Assembly: GCF_009914755.1 (NCBI RefSeq) | Contig: NC_060937.1 | Reading direction: 5' to 3' (one strand) | Source of the DNA: the human T2T-CHM13v2.0 reference genome, Homo sapiens | DNA: 64,000 nt | Part shown: positions 1 to 12,625 of the stretch, piece after piece | Layout: every line of letters begins with the position of its first letter | Numbering within the stretch: position 1 is the first letter of the stretch | Program-made: the position numbers and the translations under genes | The notes under the pieces: model-generated | Told to the model about the DNA's origin: nothing | Seen by the model: the letters and a program-made list of their open reading frames with translations, nothing else | The model's database searches: none

Positions 1-15
1 ACATTAAGAAGATGA

Positions 16-187
16 CAGAGTGGATGAATGGTTCTTCTTCTTCTTGACCATCTAATCATTGTCCTCTCAGACTTTAAAACTCTGCATCAAAATCACCTCC
101 CAGGTTCTTCCTTCTCTCCAGTATGTGATGTCTGGCATTGAAAATTTCTGTGTATGACTTTATCATGGTGTGTTATAGCTATTTAAT
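16..187 (+). repeat. 172-bp segment duplicated at 3609-3780 (donor copy)
   Basis: Ungapped match to 3609-3780 with 8 mismatches by manual alignment. Confidence 0.95.
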
Positions 188-339
188 TCAATGTCTGTCC
201 CTCCAAACAAATTGTAAATTCTTGGTGAGCAAGACTGGGTCTCATTAATTTTCCTTTCCCTTGGGATAGAAGCAATACTAAGAGAATTATGGGTACTTAA
301 TGCTTGTTAAATGAAGAAATGATTGAAAGAAGACAAATG

Positions 340-760
340 AGAATAAGAAGGATAAGTTGGTAAATCCATTACGGAGGGCAGTTTGGCAAGATTTGCTCTA
401 CCAAAGTTAAAATGTGCAAACACATGGGCCCAGCAATTACATTTTTAAGAATTTATCCTACAGATTCACACATGTGCCAGCTGATTTATGTACAGTGTTA
501 TTGATGGCAGCATTGTTAGCAGAAGTTTGAAAATAATGGAAATGCCCATCAACAGTGGATTGATGACATAGATTATGGACTATCCATGTCATGGAATACC
601 AAGCAACTGTGAAGAATCAATATAGCAAGATCTTCAGAATATAATCTTAAAGGAAATAAGCAATATTCAGAACAGTATAATATATCCATATCTTACATTT
701 GCTTGTATATGCATAAATGTCTCTGGAAAGACCCAGAAGAAACTAATAACTGCTTTTTTT
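340..760 (+). mobile_element. Old L1M 3' fragment
   Basis: Degenerate L1 ORF2-end/3'UTR motifs (cccagcaatt...aatttatcct, aaatgcccatcaacag, atggaatac). Confidence 0.6.
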
Positions 761-879
761 GTTGGAGAGAAAGGTTTGGAGGAAAAGGAAGACTTTTCAT
801 TTATTCCATTTTATACTTTTTAGTTTCCAAACAATGTTATATATTACTGGGTTCAAAATATAGCATAAATATACAAAAA

Positions 880-1675
880 AGAAAACTGCACACGCATGTT
901 TATACCAGCTTTATTTATAATTGCCGAAACTTGGCAGCAACAAAGATGTCCTTCAGTAGGTGAAGTGAATAAATAAATAAACTGTGGTACATCCAGACAA
1001 AGGGATATTATTATTACTGTTATTTTATTTTATTTTTTTTTTAAGTCAGGATCTTAGTGTGTTGCCCAGGCTGGTCTTGAACTTCTGGCCTCAAGCAATC
1101 CTACCACCTCAGCTTCCCAAAGTGCTGGGATTATGGGTGTGACCTACCATGCCTGGCCTTGGAATATTATTTAACACTCAAAAGAAATGAACTATTAAGC
1201 CATGGAGAAAACTTAAATGGAAAGACATGACGAAAACTTCAATGCATATTACTATGTAAAAGAAGCCAGTCTGGAAAATGCTACATACTACATGATTCCA
1301 ACAATACGACATTCTGCGAAAGGCAAAACTATGGAGACAGTAAAAAGAACAGCGGTTAACAGGGGCTGCAGGGAGGGAGGTATGACTAGGCAGCACACAA
1401 AGGATTTTTTAGGGCAGCAAAACTACTCTGTGTGGTACTATAATGGTGGATACATGTCATTAGGCATTTCTCCAAACTCAAAGAATATACAAAACCAAGA
1501 ATGAACCCTGATGTAAACTATGGACTTCGGGTGTTAGTGATGCATCCATGCAGGTTCATTAATTGTAACAAATGTCCCACTGTGATGTGGGATGTTGGTA
1601 ATGGGGACACTGAGGGTATACATGAACTCTTTGTTGTTTATTCTGAATTTTGCTGTGAACCTAAACTCAAAAAAA
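880..1675 (+). mobile_element. L1MC-like 3' end, interrupted by an Alu monomer
   Basis: gaagccagtctg..., ggcaaaactatggagacagtaaaaaga, tgtaaactatggactt, tttgctgtgaacctaaa. Confidence 0.8.
1018..1158 (-). mobile_element. FLAM / Alu left monomer
   Basis: Poly-T followed by gttgcccaggctggtcttgaacttctggcctcaagcaatcc...tggcc. Confidence 0.85.
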
Positions 1676-3090
1676 CGGTGCTCATTTTGGCTGGTTGTTT
1701 CTTTGGATATAACACATAGACAAAGCAATGTGATGTTGCAACATCTAATTTTATGAGACAGGGTCAGAAAACATTCCCCCATTCAAGACCTGTGGTGGAT
1801 ATTGCTAATTAACCATGGACATTCCCTTGTTGAGTCCCTACTTGCTTACAAACCTCAACATATTCCTCCAGGAAGCCATCACCAATCAATTGGCATTTGT
1901 ACCTGAGATAAAACCCATTTGGCATTTCAGCTTCTGAGCTTACAGTTCTAGAGAGATCTTAAGAACTCCAACACTGAAAGTGAATAGGTGTGGTGAAGCC
2001 AAGTTATTCCAAGCATGCCCAAGTCTTCCCAGTTAAACACCTGAGTGAAACTAATGCTCAGGCTATTTGGCTACCTCCACACCCGAAAACGTTCTTGATT
2101 CAACCTCTTCACATTTGAGATTTTAAATTTTAGGCAGTCATGTCTGCTCAGCATGAAGAGGTCTGAATTTTGCTCAATGGTTTAGAATTAGTCCCTTTTT
2201 ATACTAGAGATTTGATTCTAAATGAAAAAACACTGGTTTGGCTTAGCAGTGTGGATGGTCTGATGTATAAAGTAAGAGAAACCCTTAATTGCATGCAGAA
2301 ATAATTGCTTGGAAGCTCAAAATCCATAACTTGAGTAGCTGCACTTTACTTCATTATAAGATAAAAACTTATCTTTCTGGTTCTGTGTTTCATGAAGTAA
2401 TATATTTCAACATTCTGTAATGTAAATTACAACTTATCCCTACAAGGGAGCTCTTAAACTGTTTTCTTTCTTTTTGGCTAAGTTCTAAGGCTGAAGATTG
2501 CTTCTAGTTTATCTTTTGAGTTAAGTCACGTCTTTGTTTTTCAGCTTTATCATTTGTAATATTAATATTCAAACCAAGATTTTTGGGCATCACAGAAACT
2601 TAAAGCATATTTTAAAAATATTTTGCATGTATAAAATTCCATAAAAAAGCTGAGTAGACACGTATATATGTTTTACTTTGAAAGAACATTTTCCATTTTA
2701 GATTTTCAAATTCCTCAGCCCAGAATAAGGGAACATCAGGGAACATACAGGAAGTGGTCTCCCAGTCACAATGACCACATACTGCAATTGCCTTGCTCTT
2801 CAGTCTGGGTTTCTGCTTCTTGTTACAGTCATTTCAGTGGGCGTCACTCAGCTGCATTGTAGTTTTCAGGAGCAGTTGTTCAGGGGGGATTTGGTTCATT
2901 GCTGGTGTGACATATGAATGACGATCACCCAGGAAGTTCTGATGACGTGGCTTCTCTCAACAATGTTTGCTAAGCTTCTTTAAAGCCTCTTTGGCTCTTA
3001 GGGAAGGTGTGTTTCAAAACCTGTAACAGGAGTCCCTGCCTAGAATGGCTCTTCAGTGTTACTCCTTCCTCCCAGCGGAAGCAGCCTTTG

Positions 3091-3417
3091 TTTTTTGTTG
3101 GTTTTTTTTTGTTTTTTTTGTCTGTTTGTTTTGTTTTTTGAGATAGGGTCTCACTCTGTCACCCATACTGGAATGCGGTGGTGTGATCACAGCTCACTGT
3201 GGCTTGGTCCTCCCATGCTCAAGAGACTCTCTTTGCCTCAGCCTCCTGAGTAACTGGGACCAAAGACATGCACTACCACACCCAGCTGATTTTTTTATTT
3301 TTAGTAGAGATGAGATCTTCTCTTACTGTGTTGCCCAGTTTGTCTCGAACTTCTTGGCTCAAGTGATCCTCCCACCTTGGCCTCCCGAAGTGCAAGTGAA
3401 AGCCACTGCAACTGGCC
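3091..3417 (-). mobile_element. AluJ
   Basis: Diverged Alu dimer; TSD GAAGCAGCCTTTG at 3078-3090 and 3419-3431. Confidence 0.9.
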
Positions 3418-3488
3418 AGAAGCAGCCTTTGATGTTGGGTCTACTGCTGCCCTCAGCATTGAAAGAAGTTTCAACCATCCTTTTCACA

Positions 3489-3953
<465 letters not shown>

Positions 3954-4460
3954 CCTTTTCACATTTTTTTATACATGGATAAATAAGATAGAGATTAGAA
4001 TTCTTACATGCTAGGTGTATTTTCCCTCTGATAGTTTTACAAAATAGTCTAGGTGTAGAATGTGTGGAACAGACTTCTTTTGTGTTTTCTAATCCTAGGG
4101 TTCCTGGGTTTCTGAGAATTTGTTTGTCTTGAAGATTCCTTTAAGCCATATACTCCTTGCATGCTTGTCTGTGCCCCTGCCTTCCAGGTACTATGGGTGT
4201 ATGGGGGTTCCTTCTATCTTGAGTTTTCAATTTTATTTTTTGAAAGAGAATACAAAATAGGTTGGGTCCTATGCCACCTTGTCAGTGATATGGTTGTGCA
4301 TACTGTTGATATCAGTTAAAAGGGTGATCACAGGAGCATATATATATATATGTTTTTTTTTTTTTTTGCATAAGGCCATAAGTTAAACAAAGAATTCAAA
4401 CAAAGACAGTAGGTATATGAGTGAGAATGCTTTAATTGAACTGGTATTTGTACAAGGTGA

Positions 4461-4545
4461 CACCCTGTTGCATACCACACACCTCCTCCCTGAGTGACTC
4501 AGCCGCTGAGCAAGAAACCTCTGAACTGTTCACTAATACAGTCAG
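4461..4545 (+). promoter_or_regulatory. SCEL: SCEL proximal promoter, TATA-less, with AP-1/ARE and CACCC sites
   Basis: TGACTCA at 4495-4501 within GTGACTCAGC (4494-4503); CACCC at 4461-4465; Inr-like TCA at 4542-4544; lies just upstream of the strong donor at 4663. Confidence 0.65.
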
Positions 4546-4662
4546 GTAGAGGTTGAGACTCCACTGAATAAACTCTAGGTTCCCATTTCTTTCAGCCAGA
4601 TCCTCCCAGGGAATCACTACAGGCTGGTTAGCCAAAAAGTCCTGATTTTCTGCTCAATAGAG
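4544..4662 (+). other. SCEL: SCEL exon 1 (non-coding 5' UTR)
   Basis: Ends in consensus donor AG|GTAAGT (intron starts 4663); no ATG; follows the AP-1 site. The 5' boundary is inferred. Confidence 0.75.
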
Positions 4663-6956
4663 GTAAGTTGAATTATACTTGCAAACAGAAATACATCTGC
4701 TGTATGTGCACAGCTTTCTCTGTGTTCCTTACAAATGATTAAAATTAGAACTTACTGTATTATCTTTGTCTTTTCTTCCTGTAAATTTTGACAGCCTCCA
4801 GCTGGCTGTTAGCTCTGCTCTTCCTTGCTGTACTTTTAGGTCACATTGCATTGAACTTCTTGGCAATTTTACACGTTATGGGCATCACAGAAACGAGCAC
4901 CTATTTGATTTTCTGGGTGGGAGCTGTCAGCTGGTGAATCCTGCCACACAAAGGATAATAAATTCTTTAAGTGAAGGGACCAGCACCTGCTGGTTTATTT
5001 TCTCAAGCGACTATACAAACATTTTTTAAAGGATCTTTCTGTTTTCATAAATGATGCTTTTAGTGAAATAGTGAACTCAAATATTGCTTTATAGTTAATA
5101 AGTCATATTTATTTTTTTCTCTACTGCTAAAAATATTGCAAGTTGCTGAGCTATGAGAGAGAGAGAGGTTTATATTTATGAGGTTTTTGTCTCCACCCTA
5201 TCTTCCCCAAATAAGAAAATCACCATTTCTCACTTGAAAGTACCAAGGAGTAAAGGCAGGGTGTGGGAGCAGAATAAGGGTACATGGTTCCTCACAGGGA
5301 TCTGTGGGCATCTGGCCAACTTCTCTATGGTATATTCTGCATTCTAACCTAAGGAGTGATTAATGTATATGGGGGCAATTTTCAAACTTTATTCATAGCC
5401 TAGTCCTGAAAAACCAGTTTTGGGAGACTTTTGATAAGGCTAGAAGAGTTCTTTTAACAGAGCTTTCTTTTATAATTAATAGCTAAGCTGACTTGTGTTT
5501 TTTCTCATCATTTCTATTTATGATACAGAGCTGTGGGATTCAAATGCAGGGGCCACTCACAGCTTGCAAATTGCAGCTCTGTGTCCTCCAGAGAGGTGCC
5601 CCCACAGCATACCTGGCTCTATCTGTAGTACTTGAGTTCTCATGGCTTCCTATTGCTGACAAGGTCACCTGCAGTCTGAGAGGGGGTTAGACACACCAGT
5701 GCTCATTTCCCAAAGGTTTACAGAAGAATTTTACAACTTGGCTTTCAAGTGTTTATAGTAACCAGAAAACTAAAGTATAGCAAGTGTGGATAATTTTATT
5801 TTTCATAAAATGTGATTACATTTAAAACTGTCTTTCACTTCCATAGTTTATAACGTAGATAAAGCCTTCCTAATATATGTGGTGCTCCAGTGTTTAAAGT
5901 ATTGGAAACATCAATTTGAGAAAACTGAGAAATGACAACAGTAAAAATTTTAGTAAAACATTCAGATGATCCTAAATGTCGGGATATGCATAGAATGCCA
6001 ACAACAGGCCAGAATTTTTATTGGAATGTTAGCGTCGTATAAATCTTAGATCTAATTGACAGAATATTTCAACTGAAACGGAGCATAGGCCCATCTAGTC
6101 TAATGCCTGAATTTTCTAGTTGAGAAAATCAAAGCATAAATGTTAAGCAACTTGTGAAGATCAGAGTAGCAGAACCAGAACACGATGCCAGATTGCTTGT
6201 CTTTTGTCTTACTGAATTTTCTCAATATTTTTTCAAATGCTTTTTATCATAAAATATGTAGTAGCAATAAATGAGCCACACTCCATCACAGACTGTGGTT
6301 ACCCAGCACATGTGGAAATATTATAGTGTGTATGGTATGACTAAGACATAATAGAATACGTTTTCCAACTTGTGGCTTATGGAATCAGTGTTGCCGTTTA
6401 TTATATTTATGAGATTTTCATCTCAGGAGCCAGTAGCCCCTCAGCAGGGAGGGGATCTGATGTATGTGTGTTAGCTGTGGTCTGTACAATCAGAACACCC
6501 TTGCCTCGAATGCCATTCTGTAGGTGATGCTTACCTGACTGCCTTCTCAGACTACCAGAATTATGATGAAATACCTGAGAGGTTCATATTCCTGGGGACT
6601 ATGTAAACAAAACAAATTTTGAATGACTGAGCTCATACTGTGGAATGAACTGAACACAATTCACGAAGCCGTCAAATTAAGCAAACATTGTTTAACTGAG
6701 AGTATCTTATACGGTTCAGGCATCAACTCCCAGCATTTCTTAAGAGTGAGGGGATAAAATCTTTGGCCTTGCAGTCCAAGGGAAATCTTTATTGGTTCCA
6801 TATGGCTTCGCTTTCTGTCATTGTCCTGCTTCTAGACCATTTGTTGATCATTTTCCATTTTCTTTGGCTGGGTACTTTGAAATAAAGATTTTAGGTATTA
6901 ATTGCTGCATACATAGCTGGAGTTGTTCAAAGCTCACTTCTGAATCAAAAGTCTTT

Positions 6957-7251
6957 TTTTTTTTTTTTTTTAAATGGAGTCTCGCTCTTTTCCCCAGTCT
7001 GGAGTGCGATGGCACAATCTCGGGTTACTGCAGCCTCCGCCTCCCATGTTCCAGCGATTCTCCTGCCTCAGCTTCCTGAGTAGCTGGGAGTACACGTGTG
7101 CACCACCACACCCGACTAATTTTTCTATTTTTAGTATAGACGGGGTTTCACCATGTTGGCCAGGCTGGTCTTGAACTCCTGACCTCAAGTGATGTACCCG
7201 CCTTGGTCTCCCAAAGTGCTGGGATTACAGGCATAGCCAATGCGCCCGGCC
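6957..7251 (-). mobile_element. AluS
   Basis: Full dimer; TSD AATCAAAAGTCTTT at 6943 and 7254. Confidence 0.92.
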
Positions 7252-8377
7252 TTAATCAAAAGTCTTTATCAGTTATATTCCTTAAGTGTTTCCAGCTTAC
7301 CATTGTACAAATGGTAAACTGTGATTTTTTTCCATGAACTTGTGATTTTGAAGCTCGGGAGAAGCTCTTCCTCACATGGATGCTTTGCCAAATGACAGCT
7401 ACACGTACTAGACTTTCATTTCATGTCGATTACTAAATTTTTTAAGGACATGAGTCATCCTTTTATTGTGATACTTAATTGGAACAGTGAATTTTATAGC
7501 TACCTATTCAATGACAACTGGTTTACTTCTAGATACAAGAACTGATCATCCTGAATCCTCCTTGTAATAGTATACTTGATAGCTCTAAAAATCTGAATAA
7601 TTTATTCTTTGTCTGTAGACCCAAGTTTCCCTGACTCTAAAATGTGATTACGTATCCTTCATATGAAGCCTCCTGGGGAAAGACAGTGAACTATAAGCCA
7701 TATTTTCCAAACTGAGATATATACATCCCAGGAGACTGTGTCAATGTTCTAGAAAATGCAATAAAATTATGAAATAAGCATGGCACATGTCTGTATGGAG
7801 AGCTAATTTTAGTTAAAAAGCTTTGGAGAAAACTATCCCTATTGCCCTGCCCTCTCCCCAGTTCTCCCCAGGGTTCCCTCTTTTGTCATTAGAGATGCTG
7901 TGTGTAAAAGTTTAAAAGAAATTTGTATACAAATGCATGCAGTGAGCTGAAATCTAGATAGACTTGAATTTGAACCATGATTCCATGTGGACAAACGGTG
8001 ACATGTATGAGTATGCCTAACTCACAGCACCAGCAGATAAAAAGAAAAATTAGGATTCTTGATGAATAATTAATAGACATATAAAATTATGTAATTATAT
8101 ATTATATACATATTTTATAATATACATAGCATATTACATAATGGGACATATATGTATAAAATATGACTCACAATAGCACAAAAATATAAAAATCTAGAAA
8201 AAATCTCTACAAGAAAAATTTAAAATCTAGATTTAAAAAATAACAACATTTTATAGTAAGACATAAAGGTGAAAGCGGACCTTAAATGTCAGTTCTTCCC
8301 AAACTCTTTTTATAGAATCTATGCAATTTTAGTCAAAAGTTCCAATAGAATATTTATCTTGGAAACTTAGAAAATAA

Positions 8378-8669
<292 letters not shown>

Positions 8670-9044
8670 GAAACTTAGACAATAATTTTAAAGTTATCTG
8701 AAAGAAAGGAATAAATGAGAATAGCTGATAGAATTTCTAAAAAGGAAGTTAATGAAGGGTGCTGTGCTACTAGATATTAAAAATGTATGTATCAGAAAAA
8801 CACAATAATAAAAGTAGCTTGTTTTTATTGTAAGAAACTAAAGACAGTTTTCTTGAGGAAAACGGATAGCCACAAAGCACATTTAAGAATATGTAAGAAT
8901 TTAAAGTGTGACAAAGGACGTATCATATATCAACGAGAAAGGGATTTATTCTCCCATTACCAAAGTAAATCCACATGGATTAGAGAGATTACATAAAACA
9001 ACAAAATATATTGTAAAAATTAAAAGAAAAATAAATATTTAGTT

Positions 9045-9870
9045 AACCTCATGTTTGTTCAACAAATATTCCTCTAGAACTGATTATGTACCAGGTACTG
9101 TGATAAGTTTTGAAAATCAGCTGTGGAGAAGATGGGCTTGGCCACTGCTCTTAAGATGTACAATGTGTGAATGTGTGCGGGTGTGAGTATGTGTGTATAC
9201 GTGTGGGTTGGGGGTGGGGGAAGATTATTCAGCCATACACACAGTCTTAGGTGATGTTATGGAAACTCTTTGCTATTTGAACACATAGTAGGGCTCATAA
9301 CTCAGCCTGGGGAGGAAGGAGTGGGGCAAGTGGCGATGGTATCACAGAGTGATTCCTGGAGGATATAGAATGTGTGATCTGGAAGGTGAATGGAAGTCTT
9401 TCCTGAAGGAAAATGAGGGGTTGAGGGAAGTTCAGGAAGAAGAGTGTTTCAGGCATAGATAGAATAAGCAATAGCTCACAGGTGATGAAAAGGATGGAGC
9501 CCCAGGCACTGGAAGGAGTTGCTGTGGCTGAAGCCAGAGTGTGAGTGGGAAGTGGGGAGTTGGGGGAAATGAGGCTGGAGGGTATGGCCTTGTCAGCCTT
9601 GTTATCAGTTCGATTTTATCCTGACAGAAAGGGAACACCCTTGAACGACTTTAAGTAGGTGATGACTACTTTGGCACCAGTGAGGAGGAGAGTGGATTAA
9701 GTGAGGAAGTCTGGAGATTGAGAATGTAGCTGGGAAGCCGTTGGAATAGTCAGGAGATTATGGTAGTTTGAATTGGTGTCTTGCAAATAGAAAGATACAC
9801 AAGAGATGTTGAATTATAGGACTTGACGATTGCTTGGATTTCAAGGTCAGAAAGAAGATTGATGGATGGT
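9045..9870 (-). mobile_element. L2 fragment(s)
   Basis: ttcaacaaatatt...tatgtaccaggtactgtg (reverse of the L2 3' end) followed by a purine-rich L2 body. Confidence 0.65.
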
Positions 9871-11000
9871 CTACAAAGATGGCTTTTAAAGAGTGAAAGT
9901 GGAAGAAATTATAAAGGGAAAAATAGGGAATGCAAAATCAAAAGCTTCTGATACAAAATTTATAATTAGAAGCTAAATGAAAAACTAGTAAAGATGAATG
10001 TTCCTGACATATAAAGAAAATGAGAAATCAGTAAGAAATATATAATAATTGTCAATGGATAATTTATAAAATAAGAAAGAAAATGCCCTGTAAAGTGAAG
10101 AAAAATATGCGAGTAAAACAAAATGATTCTACTTTCACCTATTATATTATTAAAAAGATTAATGAATGATAATTCTAAATGCTGGCAAATGAGTGAACAC
10201 TCATATGTTGCTGGTGGATGATAAACTACTATAAGATTTACGGAAAGAAACTCGACAATAGGGATCAAGAATATTTTAGAAATTATACATCTTGGCAAGT
10301 AATTTCACTTCTTGGATTCATTCAAAGAAAATAATCAGATACTTGGTGAAAGACTTTTGTATGGTTTTTTAGAAACAACAGAGGAATGATGTTACATTGA
10401 TAAATAAAATGAGATATTTTGTAGCTGCAAAATAAATATTTAAATATTCTTAAATGGCATTGGAAAATGCATATCAGTAGGCTCTAAATGGGCAAAGAAA
10501 AACCCTGGAAGAAAATTACAGTGATTGATTAAAGGTGTCTGATTTTTTTTTCCTTTCTTTATGCTTTCTTGTATTTTCCACATTTTATATATGCTTTCTT
10601 GTATTTCCACATATGTTCTAAAGATAGTGAGAAAGATTTATGTTGTGTAAAATTGGGATACAGAACAGCTACATGACAGAGCTTTTGTGAATATGAAATA
10701 CAGTAAAGTATTTAAGATAACTAACAGGGTTTTGGCTCATAGTCTGTGGTCAAAATTTGAGTTTTTACTCATTTAACTTGTATTTTCAGCTAGAACTGAA
10801 AATAGCCCCTGATGGGGCTCAGGTGATAGATAACTTTTATTGGATAGCTTTTTTATTAATGAATATTAGACCAGTGTTTTTTGTAAAATGAAATAATTAT
10901 AGGCCACTATTCATGTTAAAGCTTGCTGTTATCATTCTGCAGAAAAGATGGGCTGTAAGAAAAAGAGCTGGTGAGGGTTGTGTATTAAAAACCAGAATCA

Positions 11001-11258
11001 GGCCGAGGCAGGCGGATCACGAGGTCAGGAGTTAGAGACCAGCCTGACCAACATGGTGAAACCCCGTCTCTACTAAAAATACAAAAATTAGAGAGGCATG
11101 GTGGTGCGTGCCTGTAATCCCAGCTACTCAGGAGGCTGAGGCAGGAGAATAGCTTGAACCCGGGAGGTGGAGGTTGCAGTGGCCGAGATCACGCCATTGC
11201 ACTCCAGCCTGGGCTACAGAGCAAGATTCCGTCTCAACAAACAAACAAACAAACAAAC
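11001..11258 (+). mobile_element. 5'-truncated AluS with (AAAC)n tail
   Basis: Starts at ggccgaggcaggcggatcac; flanked by CCAGAATCA direct repeats. Confidence 0.9.
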
Positions 11259-11880
11259 CCCAGAATCAACAGTGAGAAAATTGTATGGTAGGGGCTTTCA
11301 TTTGTGCTACATTCTGGACTCTTGTTTCACCAGCAGTAAACAAGTTTCCCAATGCTAAGCTTAGATTGTGAGGTTGTGTGACTGAAGAAATAGCTGCTTT
11401 CTAACCATCACAGAAGGCTAAATGAATCTTTCCCAGCCTGATGATTTTTGGATTTCCTTTTAGGCTGTGTATTCAGGCTAAACACAGTTGTTTGTTTCTG
11501 AGAGACTATTTAAAAATGGATTTAAATAGACTTGTTAATATTTACACTTCATGAAGTACTGTTTGTTTTCCCCTTACATATATTTCTTGTACTTTTAGGT
11601 GGTAATTAGTTGTTTGATGGTTTGTTTTATTTATCTTCCAAAAGATAATTCTTCTGTTTATTGATCTGTAATTATAGAGCCCCTCTTATTCTTCTACTGA
11701 AAATGGTTTTATGGCATTTGTCCTTTTCCAGTTCCTAGGGATTTTCCCTGTTTCATTGATTTCCGGGAAACAAGTAGTGGTGGGGTTGGCACTGTTACCG
11801 CACCCTGAAACCCTCAGGACTTTTTCAGAAGCAAAAGTGAATACCACCAGGGCAATTTGCCACCCTGTGTCATTTTCTAG

Positions 11881-12218
<338 letters not shown>

Positions 12219-12454
12219 AACTTTAGCTTTTTTATATTCTCCATCACTAAAGAGATTTGCCCTGGGCAACTATTGACATTTGGTCTTTTATAAAGATAGT
12301 AATTTATAAAAATATATTAGAAGCTTGATAAATTGATTGAAAGATTTTGGGGTAGTTAAAATATCCAAATGTCACTCTATGTAAATCTCATGATACTTTG
12401 GTAAAATGATCAAAGAAAGTCTGCTCCAATTCTTCTCTGTTGAGCTCCACCATG

Positions 12455-12625
12455 GATCTCCATTGTTGCCATCTTTATGTCCATGAGTACCCAATGTTTA
12501 GTTCCCACTTATAAGGGGAAACACTTGGTATTTGGTTTTCTGTTTCTGCATTAATTCGCTTAGGATAATGACCTCCAGCTGCATCCATGTTGCTGCAAAG
12601 AACATGATTTCGTTCTTTTTTTATT
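12455..12625 (-). mobile_element. L1MA/L1PB 3' fragment
   Basis: tttatgtccatgagtacccaatgtttag...ctccagctgcatccatgttgctgcaaag. Confidence 0.75.

Noticed and set aside
7450-7458. Isolated AP-1 heptamers (7451, 25767, 35559, 35964 and others)
   Set aside because: Several are expected by chance in 64 kb; no supporting cluster except at the promoter.
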